Shown here: positions 39,388 through 50,757 of the stretch, one piece after another
How the letters are laid out: each line of letters opens with the position of its first letter
Position numbering within the stretch: the first letter of the stretch is position 1
From: an uncultured Spirochaetota bacterium
Lineage (GTDB): Bacteria; Spirochaetota; UBA4802; UBA5550
Reading direction: 5' to 3'
DNA length: 64,000 bases
Assembly (NCBI GenBank): GCA_963827275.1
Contig: CAWHAA010000001.1
Location: forward strand, 96,001 to 160,000
Program-made: the position numbers and the translations under genes
The notes under the pieces: generated by a model
Told to the model about the DNA's origin: nothing
The model's input: the letters and a program-made list of their open reading frames with translations, nothing else
Databases searched by the model: none

Positions 39388-41115
39388 TTACAATTTTTCC
39401 AGGCGGTTTTCAAAATCAGCTTTGTATATCTTCTTGCCCAGCCTGTTCTGGAGCTCGATAATCTCTTTTAAAATATCCGTAGTGGTGAGAGGATTGATGG
39501 TGATGGCCCGCAGCACGACGATGTCCTGCGCGAAATAATTCGGGGCGTCGAACATGGTCCGCGAGACAAACGTGTTGTCATCTTCCCGAAGCTCCTTGTG
39601 AAGTTCAATGTTCAATTCATTCAGGACATTATTTGTATGGCGCAGGCGGCTCATCCATTTATTCCGCGCCTGGTGCTCCTGGCCGTCCGGTCTCGCCGCG
39701 TTGATCTTAAGACGGAGCTTCTCGATCTTCTCCTGGACCTCCTTGGGGACAAAACGGTAGTTGAAGATGAACAGCTCAGGCTGGTTCATGGGCTCGAAAT
39801 TGCAATGCATCTCCACGAGGCTCCGGAGCGAAGCGGTCAACTCGAACGCATGTTCAAACAGGATTCTGAACCCATCGGTCCCCAGTATCTTGAACGTGGC
39901 CCATGGCTTCAGCGCAGCGAACGGCCGTGAGCCTTCCACGCTGAACCGCCCAAGGTCCACCGAATCCTGCCGGATGATGTAATTGGAGAAGTGCTTCAGG
40001 TAATTCAGGTCCTTTTCATTTTTAAACAGGACCATGCCCATGGAGGCGGGTGAAAAGAGCAGCTTATGCGCATCGACCGTGACAGAATCAGCGTCCTGGA
40101 TGCCGTTGAAGAAATAGCGGAGCTGGTCAATAATAAGCACCGAGCCCCCCCAGGCGGCATCAACATGAAAATGCGCGTTGTACTCGTCGGCAATCCTCCG
40201 TATCTCCTGCAGGTTATCGATATTTCCCGTTTCCGTGGTTCCGGCTATTCCCACAATGGCCATGATCTTGATCCTGTCATGGCCCCGTTCGTTGTGTTCG
40301 CGGATCTGCCTGCATATCCTCTCCAGCTCATTGATATCTATCTTGTTGCGCATATCCACCGGGACCTTGATGACATTGTCATTGCCGAGCCCGATGATCC
40401 GCGCCACCTTGTCGATGGAATAATGTCCCCTCTTCGAGACGAGTATCACCGCTTTTCTGTACCCGTAGTGGAGAAAGGCCTCATGCAGGCCGGCCACCCG
40501 TATGCCGGGGAAATTACCGTCCGGACCGAATGCTTTATTCCGCGCAACAAGCAAGGCCGTCAGGTTTGCCATGGTCCCATCGGTTGTTACGTTCCCGAGT
40601 GCGACCTCCCAGTTCTGGATATGTGTTTTATAGAAACCGGCGCCTTTATTATATACGAGGCGGTGCATCCATCCGATGAGCTCCCGCTCGACAAATGACG
40701 ATGCCTTTGCCGATTCAATTTTAACCTGGTTCTGGTTCAATGCCGCGATAATCATCTCGAGAAGAATCATGAAATAGGGTATCGCGCTTGTCATGTGCCC
40801 GATATAATAGGGATTGCCCACCTTCACCGAATGGGCAATTACCTTTTTCTTGATTTCGATCAGGACGTCTTTTAAGAGCTGCGGGCGCTTGGGGATATTG
40901 ACATTCGAAAAAATCTTTTCGAGTTCGGAGAGGGGTATTTCACTATGTATCCCCCCTTTTTCTGTAAAAAAATTATGGATTAAATCAAGAAGCTCCGTCC
41001 CAAATTCTATGAATTTATCCGGCGAATCCGGCATGATAAAAAGCTTCTTAAGCTGGCTCATGTCCGGCTTTACAAGCAGTCTTCGGTGGCTTTTTTTATT
41101 TATAATAGAATACAT
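39388..41115 (-). CDS. Group II PLP-dependent decarboxylase, PanP-like aspartate 1-decarboxylase (start uncertain)
   Basis: YIGHMTSAIPYF, LNQNQVKIES.K, GIAGTTETGNID, HVDAAWGG, DSVTVDAHK. Confidence 0.75.
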   Translation of the reverse strand: MYSIINKKSHRRLLVKPDMSQLKKLFIMPDSPDKFIEFGTELLDLIHNFFTEKGGIHSEIPLSELEKIFSNVNIPKRPQLLKDVLIEIKKKVIAHSVKVGNPYYIGHMTSAIPYFMILLEMIIAALNQNQVKIESAKASSFVERELIGWMHRLVYNKGAGFYKTHIQNWEVALGNVTTDGTMANLTALLVARNKAFGPDGNFPGIRVAGLHEAFLHYGYRKAVILVSKRGHYSIDKVARIIGLGNDNVIKVPVDMRNKIDINELERICRQIREHNERGHDRIKIMAIVGIAGTTETGNIDNLQEIRRIADEYNAHFHVDAAWGGSVLIIDQLRYFFNGIQDADSVTVDAHKLLFSPASMGMVLFKNEKDLNYLKHFSNYIIRQDSVDLGRFSVEGSRPFAALKPWATFKILGTDGFRILFEHAFELTASLRSLVEMHCNFEPMNQPELFIFNYRFVPKEVQEKIEKLRLKINAARPDGQEHQARNKWMSRLRHTNNVLNELNIELHKELREDDNTFVSRTMFDAPNYFAQDIVVLRAITINPLTTTDILKEIIELQNRLGKKIYKADFENRLEKL

Positions 41116-41441
41116 AAATTGTATTTCAATATATATATAAATTGTCAGAAATTCCTGATAAAAACTACAGAGAAACGTTACTACCACTATTTATTCAAAG
41201 ACCCTTTTTACAAGCATTTTTATTCGTATAGACTGTCGGCGGCCCTATTAATAGTGCACATAAACAAATTTTATGTCATAATACGTATAAGCATACCATC
41301 CGGGGCTTATTCTGGAACTTCAAGGGTAAACACACGATACATCATGCAATACTATCAATAATTTACTCATGTTATTATCAATATCTGTCGATATTGTAGT
41401 AAGAACATAATTTATTCAATGCCACGGATGGTGAAAAAATC

Positions 41442-41744
41442 ATGGAAGATACCAGAATATGGGAATTCCCCAAAAGCATTAACATAGAAGAAGTATCAGA
41501 ATACGTCGAAAGCCTCAAAAATGTCAAGCCAGGCGAAGTGGTTACGCTTGATTTAAGCAGGACGGTATCAATTCATTCCTCATTCATAGGTTTTCTGATC
41601 CATGCCAAGCATTACATGAACAAAAACGGCGGCACGCTTGTTCTTCTTCTCTCCCTGACAGTGGAAAAAATCCTTATCATGCTGAATATTATCGATTATT
41701 TCTCGCCCGAAATCACCTCTACAATGAGAAGGAAGACCGCGTAA
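41442..41744 (+). CDS. STAS-domain (anti-anti-sigma-like) protein
   Basis: VTLDLSRTVSIHSSFIGFL motif. Confidence 0.7.
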   Translation: MEDTRIWEFPKSINIEEVSEYVESLKNVKPGEVVTLDLSRTVSIHSSFIGFLIHAKHYMNKNGGTLVLLLSLTVEKILIMLNIIDYFSPEITSTMRRKTA

Positions 41745-41909
41745 CCTTTACTGCCTTCCGTCCCATATAGAGAGGAATGGCCCGTTAAAATGTCAATTCC
41801 GGACCCTTACCCGATAATTTGTTCCATGTCTGCTGTTAAAAATAAATTGACAGGACAGAGGAATATGAGCGTATAGTAAAATACTTAAATTCTCGGGATG
41901 GGAAACGAT

Positions 41910-42194
41910 ATGAAATTCAACGACCAGCAGGTAGAATCTGTTACCGAATTATTAAAATCAATCGCGCACCCCATAAGGATGAAAATCCTCTGTTTCCTGA
42001 TGGAAGGCGAAAAAAACGTGGGCGAAATCGAGCAGCAGTTCGGATCGACAATATCAAACATCTCCCAGCACCTGACCGTCCTCAGGAAGGCAAATATTAT
42101 CGACCGCAGAAAAGAAGCAAATTTCATGTTTTATTCCCTCAAGGACACGAACATCCATAAGCTGATGGAGACCTTAAAAAACAACTTTTGTTAA
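41910..42194 (+). CDS. ArsR/SmtB family regulator
   Basis: LKSIAHPIRMKIL, NVGEI, SNISQHLTVLR. Confidence 0.92.
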   Translation: MKFNDQQVESVTELLKSIAHPIRMKILCFLMEGEKNVGEIEQQFGSTISNISQHLTVLRKANIIDRRKEANFMFYSLKDTNIHKLMETLKNNFC

Positions 42195-43976
42195 ATGTCA
42201 AAATATGTCGTAATAATAACGTTCCTCGTATTATTCCTCAGCAGTGCATCACATTCGAGCCAACGTACATTGAGTATCTCGGGACTCCGGATATATACCG
42301 AGGAAGAATTATTTGATCTCCTCGATCTCGCACGATACGAAGACGGCCGGATGTCGGCAAGGGAAGTCACCGACACACTGACGGCTTTTTACAGCGCCAA
42401 AGGGTATACGCTGGTAAAATTTTATATCATCGAAAAAACGGATACCGTCCTTAAAATTTACATCAATGAGGGCGCCCTGGGAAAAATCATATTTCTCAAC
42501 ATGGATGATTTTACCACACTGTATCTTAAAGTCGCCTTCAGGCTGAAAAATAAAATATTCAATTATAACACGGTCCAATCGAACATTGAAAAACTCAAGA
42601 AAGGAAAACGCTGGAAAAACATCACGTGGCTCCTGAAACCGGTGAAGGACTTCAATACCTCGCTCCTGCAACTGGACCGGGAACTTAACCTGCCGCTCCT
42701 CGGGAAAAGGGTCCTCCCTTTTTTTGACAGATACGGCCCGGAATACGATCTCCTGATCATATTTTCAAAAAACATAGAGCAGTATGCTATAGATGATAAA
42801 ATCATCGACCGCGGGCACCCCGAACCCGGCGGGCAATTAGGCCATAGGGAAAAAAAAGACAGTAAAAAAAGGAAAAAGCGCGTCATCAATAAATTCGATT
42901 ACGGATTGAAAATCAACTATTACAAGGGGTTTATCCCCTACCTTAAATATTACCAGCTCGGCTTTATTTCAGAGGGCGATTTCTTCATGGGTGAAACATC
43001 CGTGGGCATAATGTACGGGCTGGACCAAAAGTTCACCCGGTTGCCGCGCGAGACGTACTTCAGTTTTGACGCAAACTATTTTTTTACACCGGCGTTCAAG
43101 GACATATTTACGCCCCTCATCAGGGTAAATCTCCTGCAGTCGAGATCGGCGAGGCCGGACCTCTGGCTCTCTCGCTATAATTACCTGCTGCTCAACACGA
43201 TGCTGGCGCCGGGCATCACCATTCTCAGCAAGTTCAACATCTTCATCGGGTACGGCGTGGAAACAGCGTTTATCTTCCGCAGCCAGATCAGCAATCTGAT
43301 AGTGTACCGGTATGCGCCCTCCACCCTGCTGTTCGGGGAGAATGCCGCGCAGGACATCCAGGCGGTCAAAGACATCAATAATTTTTATAATGAAGTTAAT
43401 AATCATACTGACGTGTATAATTATCTCCAGGCAGGCGTCGCATACGACTTCAGCAAGAAAAGCATGAAGATATACGAGCTGAGAAAAAACAGGCTGAAAA
43501 AAGAGATCGCCTTCATGTACGATTTTTATTTCCTGAAAAAGATTTTCAACAAGCTGCGGTTGGTCGGCTACTTTGAGCACGAATTCAAGGACCGCAGCAT
43601 TTATTCAGGCATGCTCAGCTACCAGTATACGTTCGGCAAGACCCCGTTCTACCATGAGACCTCGGTCAGCAATATGGCATTCAAAGGCCTCCACCGGACA
43701 TCCTATTTTTCACGCAATGTTCTCTCCCAGTCAAACGAGTATCGCATTTCTATGTACCGGGACTTCATATATATTGGCGCTTTTTTTGACATGACACTGT
43801 ATGAGGCTTCGGGGAGGGACCTGAATGGGGCGCAATTCGGATTTGTCGGCGGGCCCACCTTCCGCATCCTGCTCCTCGACCATTTTGAGCTCTATATGCA
43901 GTACGGATGGGACTATCTTGTATCAACGAAAACCAACGACGGATTTTTTTATTTCAACATCTACAACAAGTGGTGA
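42195..43976 (+). CDS. Outer membrane protein with POTRA-like N-terminus (Omp85/TpsB-like)
   Basis: Signal peptide, ISGL..YTEEEL...FYSAKGY...INEG POTRA-like motif, aromatic C-terminal beta-signal FFYFNIYNKW. Confidence 0.55.
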   Translation: MSKYVVIITFLVLFLSSASHSSQRTLSISGLRIYTEEELFDLLDLARYEDGRMSAREVTDTLTAFYSAKGYTLVKFYIIEKTDTVLKIYINEGALGKIIFLNMDDFTTLYLKVAFRLKNKIFNYNTVQSNIEKLKKGKRWKNITWLLKPVKDFNTSLLQLDRELNLPLLGKRVLPFFDRYGPEYDLLIIFSKNIEQYAIDDKIIDRGHPEPGGQLGHREKKDSKKRKKRVINKFDYGLKINYYKGFIPYLKYYQLGFISEGDFFMGETSVGIMYGLDQKFTRLPRETYFSFDANYFFTPAFKDIFTPLIRVNLLQSRSARPDLWLSRYNYLLLNTMLAPGITILSKFNIFIGYGVETAFIFRSQISNLIVYRYAPSTLLFGENAAQDIQAVKDINNFYNEVNNHTDVYNYLQAGVAYDFSKKSMKIYELRKNRLKKEIAFMYDFYFLKKIFNKLRLVGYFEHEFKDRSIYSGMLSYQYTFGKTPFYHETSVSNMAFKGLHRTSYFSRNVLSQSNEYRISMYRDFIYIGAFFDMTLYEASGRDLNGAQFGFVGGPTFRILLLDHFELYMQYGWDYLVSTKTNDGFFYFNIYNKW

Positions 43977-44003
43977 GCTCCCGGCGCAGCGCGGCGCCCT
44001 GCG

Positions 44004-44822
44004 TCAACCGATCTCCTTTATCCTGTCCAGCTTGAAATATCTCATGCCGCCCCGCAGGAAGCAGTGTGCAAGCACGTAAGCATCACGCCCCATGGTGATG
44101 AATTCACGCGGCTGTATCACCCGCACCGTAACAGAGCCTGACTGGCCGATATAGGTTATGGTTGCCTTCTCCCCAAGGCGCAATCCCTTGAGACCTTTTC
44201 CCTCCCCGGTTATGCGCTTTCCCCTGATCCTGGAGGGGCGGACAAGGTCGCCATGATACCCGATCAGATCGCCGATGGTCCAGCTGCCGCCCGGGTCTTC
44301 CCTCCCGATGATATGCCGGAACACCTCCATGCAGGCGCTCGCGTCGGCAAGCGCCCGGTGATGCGGGAGGTCAAGCCGCAGATGCCCGCACAATGTCTCG
44401 AGCTTGTGGTTGTGAAGGTCCGGCCAGGCGAGCCTGCTCAGGCGAACCGTGTCAACGGCATACATGGGAGGAGGAGGTTGCTTGCTACGGCGGTAGGCCC
44501 ATCCGAGAAATGCCAGGTCGAAGCCCGGATTGTGGATCACCAGGATTGAATCGCCGATCACCCGGGAAATCTCGCCGATCACGTCGCCTATAGGCGGCGC
44601 GTCTCTCACCATGTCGTCGGTAATGCCATGTATGCGTATCACGTCGTCCGGGATATTCATTCCGGGATTGATCATTCTGTGGAAGGTCCCGCCCGGGGCA
44701 TCCATGGTGAAACGGACAATGCCGACTTCCAGGATCATGTGGAGGGCCGGGTGTGTACCCGTCGTTTCAAGGTCAAGCGCGCAGAAGGAGGTATCGGAGA
44801 GCTTTCTCCCGGGTAAGATCAT
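44004..44822 (-). CDS. DEDDh 3'-5' exonuclease fused to a C-terminal WYL domain
   Basis: DLETTG, HNPGFD, HRALADA; C-terminal TITY...VRVIQP...YVLAHC.LR...RYFKLDRI. Confidence 0.85.
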   Translation of the reverse strand: MILPGRKLSDTSFCALDLETTGTHPALHMILEVGIVRFTMDAPGGTFHRMINPGMNIPDDVIRIHGITDDMVRDAPPIGDVIGEISRVIGDSILVIHNPGFDLAFLGWAYRRSKQPPPPMYAVDTVRLSRLAWPDLHNHKLETLCGHLRLDLPHHRALADASACMEVFRHIIGREDPGGSWTIGDLIGYHGDLVRPSRIRGKRITGEGKGLKGLRLGEKATITYIGQSGSVTVRVIQPREFITMGRDAYVLAHCFLRGGMRYFKLDRIKEIG

Positions 44823-44827
44823 GGAAA

Positions 44828-45760
44828 TTAAAACGTACCTATCATTTTCACTTCGGGCTCCAGCTCGATCCCGAATTTCCTGAGCACCGTTTCCCGCACT
44901 TTTTCTATGAGGTCCCGTATGTCCCGCGACGTAGCATTGTTCATGTTAATGATAAAATTCGTGTGAAGCTCGGAAACGCATGCGCCGCCGACCATCGCCC
45001 CCTTCAGCCCGGCATCATTGATCAGCTTCCACGAGGAATGCCCTTCCGGGTTCTTGAACACGGAACCGGCCGATGGATAGTCCAGGGGGTGCTTCTTCTT
45101 ACGTTCTGCAATAACGTCCCCGATCGTTTTCAGCTCTCCCGATATATCCTCGGTCTTCCGGAGCGCAAAGCGTGCACCGGTGATAATGTTTCCCGCGCCG
45201 ATATTCATGCTCCGGTACGATGATTTCGCCCTGTCAATCGCCATCCGCCGCCTTTCACCTGACGTGTCGATACAATCGACGTCCCTTACAATTCCCGAGA
45301 ACGTACCCATAAAGGTCCCCGCATTCATCATGATACCGCCGCCGATGCATCCGGGAATACCCGCCATGAAGGCAACGCCGCAAAATCCCGCGCCGGTCGC
45401 AAAGGCGATAAAGTGCTCCTTTGTCGCCATGGCGTCAGCATACAGGGTCCCGTCTTCGAGAACTGACATTTTGGGCGTCCGGCCGCCGCTTTCACTGATG
45501 CAGAGCACTATCCCTTCAATGCCGTAATCGCCCACCAGGAGGTTGGACCCTCCCCCGATAACGGTAAGAGGCACCCGCGCATCGGCGGCAATTTTTACGA
45601 TAGGGGATATGGCGTCATTGTCCGACGGCACCACCAGGGCATCGGCAGGCCCGCCGGTACGGAAGGTCGTATAGTTTTTCAGTGGTTCGTTTTCATTGAC
45701 CCGCCCCCACTCCGACAGGGCCTGTATGACAGAATTAGATATCTTCATTGTTTCACGCAC
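44828..45760 (-). CDS. murB: UDP-N-acetylenolpyruvoylglucosamine reductase
   Basis: TTFRTGGPAD, GGGSNLL, GIPG.IGG...MNAG, PSAGSVFKNP, H.NFIIN, LEPEV. Confidence 0.96.
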   Translation of the reverse strand: MRETMKISNSVIQALSEWGRVNENEPLKNYTTFRTGGPADALVVPSDNDAISPIVKIAADARVPLTVIGGGSNLLVGDYGIEGIVLCISESGGRTPKMSVLEDGTLYADAMATKEHFIAFATGAGFCGVAFMAGIPGCIGGGIMMNAGTFMGTFSGIVRDVDCIDTSGERRRMAIDRAKSSYRSMNIGAGNIITGARFALRKTEDISGELKTIGDVIAERKKKHPLDYPSAGSVFKNPEGHSSWKLINDAGLKGAMVGGACVSELHTNFIINMNNATSRDIRDLIEKVRETVLRKFGIELEPEVKMIGTF

Positions 45761-45950
45761 CGGGAATTAACCGGGATAACGGCCATTGTTTTCATGCAAA
45801 TGTATGATATTCCCGGACTGCAGGCACCATGCGTTCCGTACCCCGGAGACTCCCTGGAAAAAATTTTATTTCATTAATTGGACCATCATACATAATGTCA
45901 ATAATATTACTTATATAAGCTTTTTACACGCCAGGGAGGGCATATCGTCT

Positions 45951-45977
45951 TAAAAATATCTTGAAGTATGCCGATAG
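45951..45977 (+). promoter_or_regulatory. Sigma28 (FliA)-type promoter
   Basis: TAAA-N15-GCCGATAG, 25 bp before ATG 46003. Confidence 0.65.
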
Positions 45978-46002
45978 TGTTGGTAATATAGCCTAATACA
46001 CC

Positions 46003-46527
46003 ATGAAAAAATCATCAAAAAAACCGATCATTCCTGATATTACGGAATATACCGATGAAGAGGGAAAAAAGTGGATACAGACGTCAACCACCGACCTCTT
46101 CTCAAGCAAGGAGCTCAATGAGATAATCGAATCCATTGAGAAAGAGAACGCGTCAGATGAAATAATCCTCGCGCGGATAGACTTCCAGAGGGTCAACAAG
46201 GAATACTATGAGACCGCCATGCGGCTGCACAAGAAAGTCCGCGGCCAGGGCGAGCTCCTGAAAAAGGTCATCACCGATGCCAATGCCAAAATCGACCGGA
46301 AAAACAAGAAACTCAGGGAGCTTATCGATTACATCAAGAAACTGCACCTCCTCCTCGCGCACCTGTCCGCCAATGAAGAGGACATGAAAGACCTGAAGAT
46401 ATCCCCCGAGATGATCATGCAGACCATGAACCAGGGGATCACCGAACGGGCGGAGCGTGAGCTCGTGTTTGAAAACGTGGAAGAGACCGTCCTGCCGAGG
46501 GACACCACCATAAAAAGGCTCAAATAA
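46003..46527 (+). CDS. Hypothetical coiled-coil protein
   Basis: 174-aa charged helical ORF. Confidence 0.75.
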   Translation: MKKSSKKPIIPDITEYTDEEGKKWIQTSTTDLFSSKELNEIIESIEKENASDEIILARIDFQRVNKEYYETAMRLHKKVRGQGELLKKVITDANAKIDRKNKKLRELIDYIKKLHLLLAHLSANEEDMKDLKISPEMIMQTMNQGITERAERELVFENVEETVLPRDTTIKRLK

Positions 46528-46667
46528 CACCTGCCGATCAGCCTTAAAAAATGTTTGACAGTAAATGTCGCCGGCGTGAACAACTATAGTACGCATCCGG
46601 ATGTTGTTCCGCGCCCCTGCGGGCTCATACGCTGGTGCGTCGATCCTTGAACAAGAAGGAAACAGGC

Positions 46668-48109
46668 ATGTCTCTGAGAATACACAATACACTTACCGGT
46701 TTGATGGACGAATTCATTCCCGGCGGCGTCCGGAAAGAAGCGATTGCCGATTATCCTCCGGTGACCATTTATTCCTGCGGCCCCACCGTGTACAGGTACG
46801 CGCATATCGGCAACTTCCGCACCTTCATCTTCAACGATTTTCTGCGGAGGTACCTGAAATTCAGGGGCTACAGGATCAATCACGCGATGAATATCACCGA
46901 CGTGGAGGACAAGATCATCGCGGGCGCGAATGGCGAGGGGATATCGCTCGCAGGAATACACCGAGCGCTACACCGCGATCTTCCTGGAAGATCTCACGTC
47001 CCTTAACATTGAGCCGGTTGAGCACATGCCGCGGGCGACCGAATCTATCGACGCGATGATCGATATCATCGAGCGCCTCACGGACAAGGGGATACGTGTA
47101 CGACAAGGACGGCTCGCTCTATTTCAGCATCGCGAAATTCGAGAAATACGGCAGGCTCTCGCGCCTTGACACGCGCGAGATAAAGACCGGCCTCCGTTAC
47201 GACACCGACGATTACACCAAGGACGACGTGCGCGATTTCGCGCTCTGGAAAGCGCCGAAGGAAGACGAGATATCCTGGGACACGCCCTTCGGCAGGGGAA
47301 GGCCCGGCTGGCACATCGAGTGCTCGGCCATGATCCGGAAGATATTCGGCGACGACCATCGACATCCACACCGGCGGCGTGGACCTGATATTCCCGCACC
47401 ATGAAAACGAGATCGCCCAGAGCGAGGCCGCATACGGGGAGAAATTCGTGCGTCACTGGATTCACGCCGAGCACCTCCTGGTAAACGGGACGAAGATGTC
47501 GAAATCGCTGGGCAATTTCTACACCCTCCGCGACCTTCTTGAAAAGGGCTACTCGCGCGCGCTCGATACGATACCTGCTCATATCGGCCCACTACCGGAA
47601 GCAGTTCAACTTCACGCTCGAAGGCATCGGCCAGGCCGACCAGGCCCTCGAGCGCATCGACAACCTCATTGTCCGCCTCAGGGATGTCCGGGACGAAGGG
47701 GGGCCGGCCTGCCCGGCCATGAGGGAAAAGGCGGAGGCGGCGATGGCTGATTTACCGCGGCGGTCGACGATGACCTGAACATCTCCGGCGGCCTCGGCGT
47801 GTTCTTCGAATTCATCCATGACGATGAACACGACTGATCAACGACGACCGGCTTACCCGTTCCGATGCCGACCTGGTGATGGATACCCTTAGGACGCATT
47901 GACACGGTTCTCGGCGTGATCTTCTTCGCGGCGCCGCGACGACGGAGATCGACGGTTCATGGGTGGAATCCATGATGGCGGAGCGCATTGAGCGCCAAGA
48001 AGGCGAAAAATTTCGCGCGCGCCGACGAGATACGGGCAACTGCTCACGGAAAAAGGGGTGATTCTCGAGGACACCAGAGGAAGGCACGCGGTGGAAGCTG
48101 AAGAGCTGA
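46668..48109 (+). CDS. cysS: Cysteine--tRNA ligase (several frameshifts)
   Basis: [62 protein letters not shown] spread over several frames. Confidence 0.93.
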
Positions 48110-48835
48110 TTTTCGGACGCAACCCCGTTCTGGAATACCTCCGCGGCGTCGGGTCCCGGGGCCATCCAGGAACTCTGATGTCGCCGAGAACGCCCATGGA
48201 AGGATCATTGATGAAATCATCGGCATGGCGCGCGAAAAAAATACCGTCCCCGCGCTACAGGAACAGGGACTTTTTTGCGGGCATCGGACCTTCGGCCAGG
48301 CACCAGGGCGTCGCGCTGAAGCTGCCTCCGACGCGCACGAGAGCGCGGACCGGCGCCGCCGGCATGCTCGAGGCCGCGGCCGGAACGAAGGGCGTGCTTG
48401 TCCTGCTGGACCAGATCACGGACCCGCAGAACGCGGGATCGATCATCCGCACCGCCGAGGCGCTCGGTTGTGGCGGCATCGTCATCCCCGCGATCCCATG
48501 CGTCGGGCATAACGCCGACCGTGGTGAAGGCATCGGCGGGCGCCACCGCGCACATCGAAATCGCCCAGGTAAGCAACGTTTCCTTCTTCCTGGAGGAGGC
48601 GAAAAAGCACGGGTTCTGGATCATCGGCACGGCCGACCAGGGCGCGACCGGCCTGAGGGAACTGGACGCCGTGAGGCCCTGCGTGGTGGTCATCGGGAGC
48701 GAGGACGCCGGCATGAGACGGCTGACCGCCGAAAAATGCGACTTCGTCGTCCGTATCCCCCTTGCCGGGAGGGTCTCCTCGCTCAACGCATCCGTCGCGG
48801 CGGGCATCGTGCTGTACGAGATCATGAACAAATAA
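48091..48835 (+). CDS. rlmB: 23S rRNA (Gm2251) 2'-O-methyltransferase, TrmH family (frameshifted)
   Basis: IFGRNPV.E, HQGV, LDQITDPQNAGSIIRTA, KASAGA, VIGSE..G, SLNASVAAG. Confidence 0.88.
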
Positions 48836-48960
48836 CCGCCCTCCGCCCGCCCCTGGCGGCGGGTTTTTTGTTGACACTATGATGTAATCTGAAAAATACT
48901 TGCCAATAATCATCGGCTGAAACTATCTGCACATACAATGACAGCCAACAGACGGAGCCT

Positions 48961-50757
48961 ATGGACCTGAAGCATATCAGAAACTTTTCGATCATCGCCC
49001 ATATCGATCACGGCAAATCCACGCTCGCAGACCGCATCATCGAAAAATGCCGGCTCGTCGATCCGCGCAATCACCGCGATCAGATGCTTGACACGATGGA
49101 CCTGGAACGGGAGCGCGGCATAACCATCAAGTCAAACGCCATCACCCTGAACTATACCTCGCGCGACGGGAATAATTACATTTTCAACCTTATCGACACG
49201 CCGGGCCACGTGGATTTCACCTACGAGGTGTCGCGCGCCCTCGCCGCCTGCGACGGCGTGCTCCTCGTGGTGGACGCATCGCAGGGCGTGGAAGCGCAGA
49301 CCATCGCCAACCTCTACCTTGCCCTTGACAATGACCTGGAGATACTCCCGGTAATCAATAAAATCGACATGTTGAGCGCGGACATCCCCCGCACGAAAGA
49401 GGGCATTGAGAAGAGCCTGGGACTCGATGCGGAAACCGCCGTCCCTGTTTCAGCGCGGGAAGGGACCGGCATCGATGAACTCCTTGAAAAAATCGTTGAG
49501 TTCATCCCGCCCCCCGAAGGCGACCCGGACGAGCCCCTGCGCGCGCTGATCTTCGACTCGTTCTTTGACAACTACCAGGGCGCGATCATAAAAGTCCGCA
49601 TCATTGACGGCACGGTCAGGCGCGGCGACACCATCATGTTCTTTGCCACCGGGAAAAAATACGAAGTCACCGAAGTCGGTATTTTCAGGCTCGCGCTTGA
49701 AAAAACCGACGCGCTCCAACCGGGCGACGTGGGCTACATCATCGCCGGGATCAAGTCTGTCATAGACACAAAAATCGGCGATACCGTCACCCTGGCCGAC
49801 AGGCCGACCGCGGAGCCCCTCAAGGGCTTTCGGGACGCCAAGCCGATGGTTTTTTCCGGCCTGTACCCGATGTACAGCGATGATTACGAAAACCTGAAGG
49901 ACGCGCTCTTCAAGCTGCGCCTTAACGACGCCTCACTCATTTTCGAGCCGGACAACTCGTATGCGCTCGGATTCGGGTTCCGCTGCGGATACCTGGGTCT
50001 CCTCCACATGGAAATCGTGCAGGAGCGGCTGGAACGCGAGTTCGACCTCGCGCTGGTCACCACTGCCCCGAGCGTCGAATACCGGGTCCATATGCTGAAC
50101 GGCAATGTTTCTGTCATTGACAACCCGGTCAAGATGCCCGACCCGGGCCTCATCGACCATATTGAAGAGCCCTATGTCAACGCGACCATTATAACCCCGA
50201 CCGATTATATCGGCAACATCATGGCCCTGGTAACCGACTGCCGCGGCATCCACAAAGACATGCAGTATATAGATGAAAAGCGGGTGCAGCTCCACTATGA
50301 CCTGCCCCTGTCGGAAATAGTCTTTAATTTTTACGACAAGCTCAAATCGATCTCACGCGGGTATGCATCGTTCGATTACGAATTAAAAGATTTCCGCGAG
50401 TCCAGCATGGTGAAGGTGGACATCCTGGTGAACGCGGAGCCGGTTGACGCGCTCTCCTTTGTCGTGCACCGCGATAAAGCGCGGCTTCGCGGCAAGGACA
50501 TCATCAGCAAGCTCAAGGACATCATTCCGCGCCAGCAGTTTAAAATCCCCCTCCAGGCGGCGATCGGCGCGGACATCATCGCCCGGGAAAACATATCGGC
50601 GCTGAGGAAAGACGTTACCGCTAAGTGTTATGGCGGAGACATTACCCGGAAGCGGAAGCTCCTTGAAAAGCAGAAAGAAGGCAAGAAGCGGATGAAGATG
50701 ATCGGATCGGTCGAAATCCCGCAAGAGGCTTTCATGACGATACTTAAGATAGATTGA
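48961..50757 (+). CDS. lepA: Elongation factor 4
   Basis: [58 protein letters not shown]. Confidence 0.98.
   Translation: MDLKHIRNFSIIAHIDHGKSTLADRIIEKCRLVDPRNHRDQMLDTMDLERERGITIKSNAITLNYTSRDGNNYIFNLIDTPGHVDFTYEVSRALAACDGVLLVVDASQGVEAQTIANLYLALDNDLEILPVINKIDMLSADIPRTKEGIEKSLGLDAETAVPVSAREGTGIDELLEKIVEFIPPPEGDPDEPLRALIFDSFFDNYQGAIIKVRIIDGTVRRGDTIMFFATGKKYEVTEVGIFRLALEKTDALQPGDVGYIIAGIKSVIDTKIGDTVTLADRPTAEPLKGFRDAKPMVFSGLYPMYSDDYENLKDALFKLRLNDASLIFEPDNSYALGFGFRCGYLGLLHMEIVQERLEREFDLALVTTAPSVEYRVHMLNGNVSVIDNPVKMPDPGLIDHIEEPYVNATIITPTDYIGNIMALVTDCRGIHKDMQYIDEKRVQLHYDLPLSEIVFNFYDKLKSISRGYASFDYELKDFRESSMVKVDILVNAEPVDALSFVVHRDKARLRGKDIISKLKDIIPRQQFKIPLQAAIGADIIARENISALRKDVTAKCYGGDITRKRKLLEKQKEGKKRMKMIGSVEIPQEAFMTILKID

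Noticed and set aside
41367..41394. Sigma28 promoter for the STAS gene
   Set aside because: TCAT-N16-GTCGATAT deviates in both boxes and in spacing.
8654..48835. Pseudogenes or programmed frameshifts in pyrG, rnfB, UPF0280, cysS and rlmB
   Set aside because: Single-base indels in GC runs hit essential genes whose motifs are otherwise intact and cluster regionally (1-3000, 46900-48500); best explained as sequencing/assembly errors. Read polishing would settle it.
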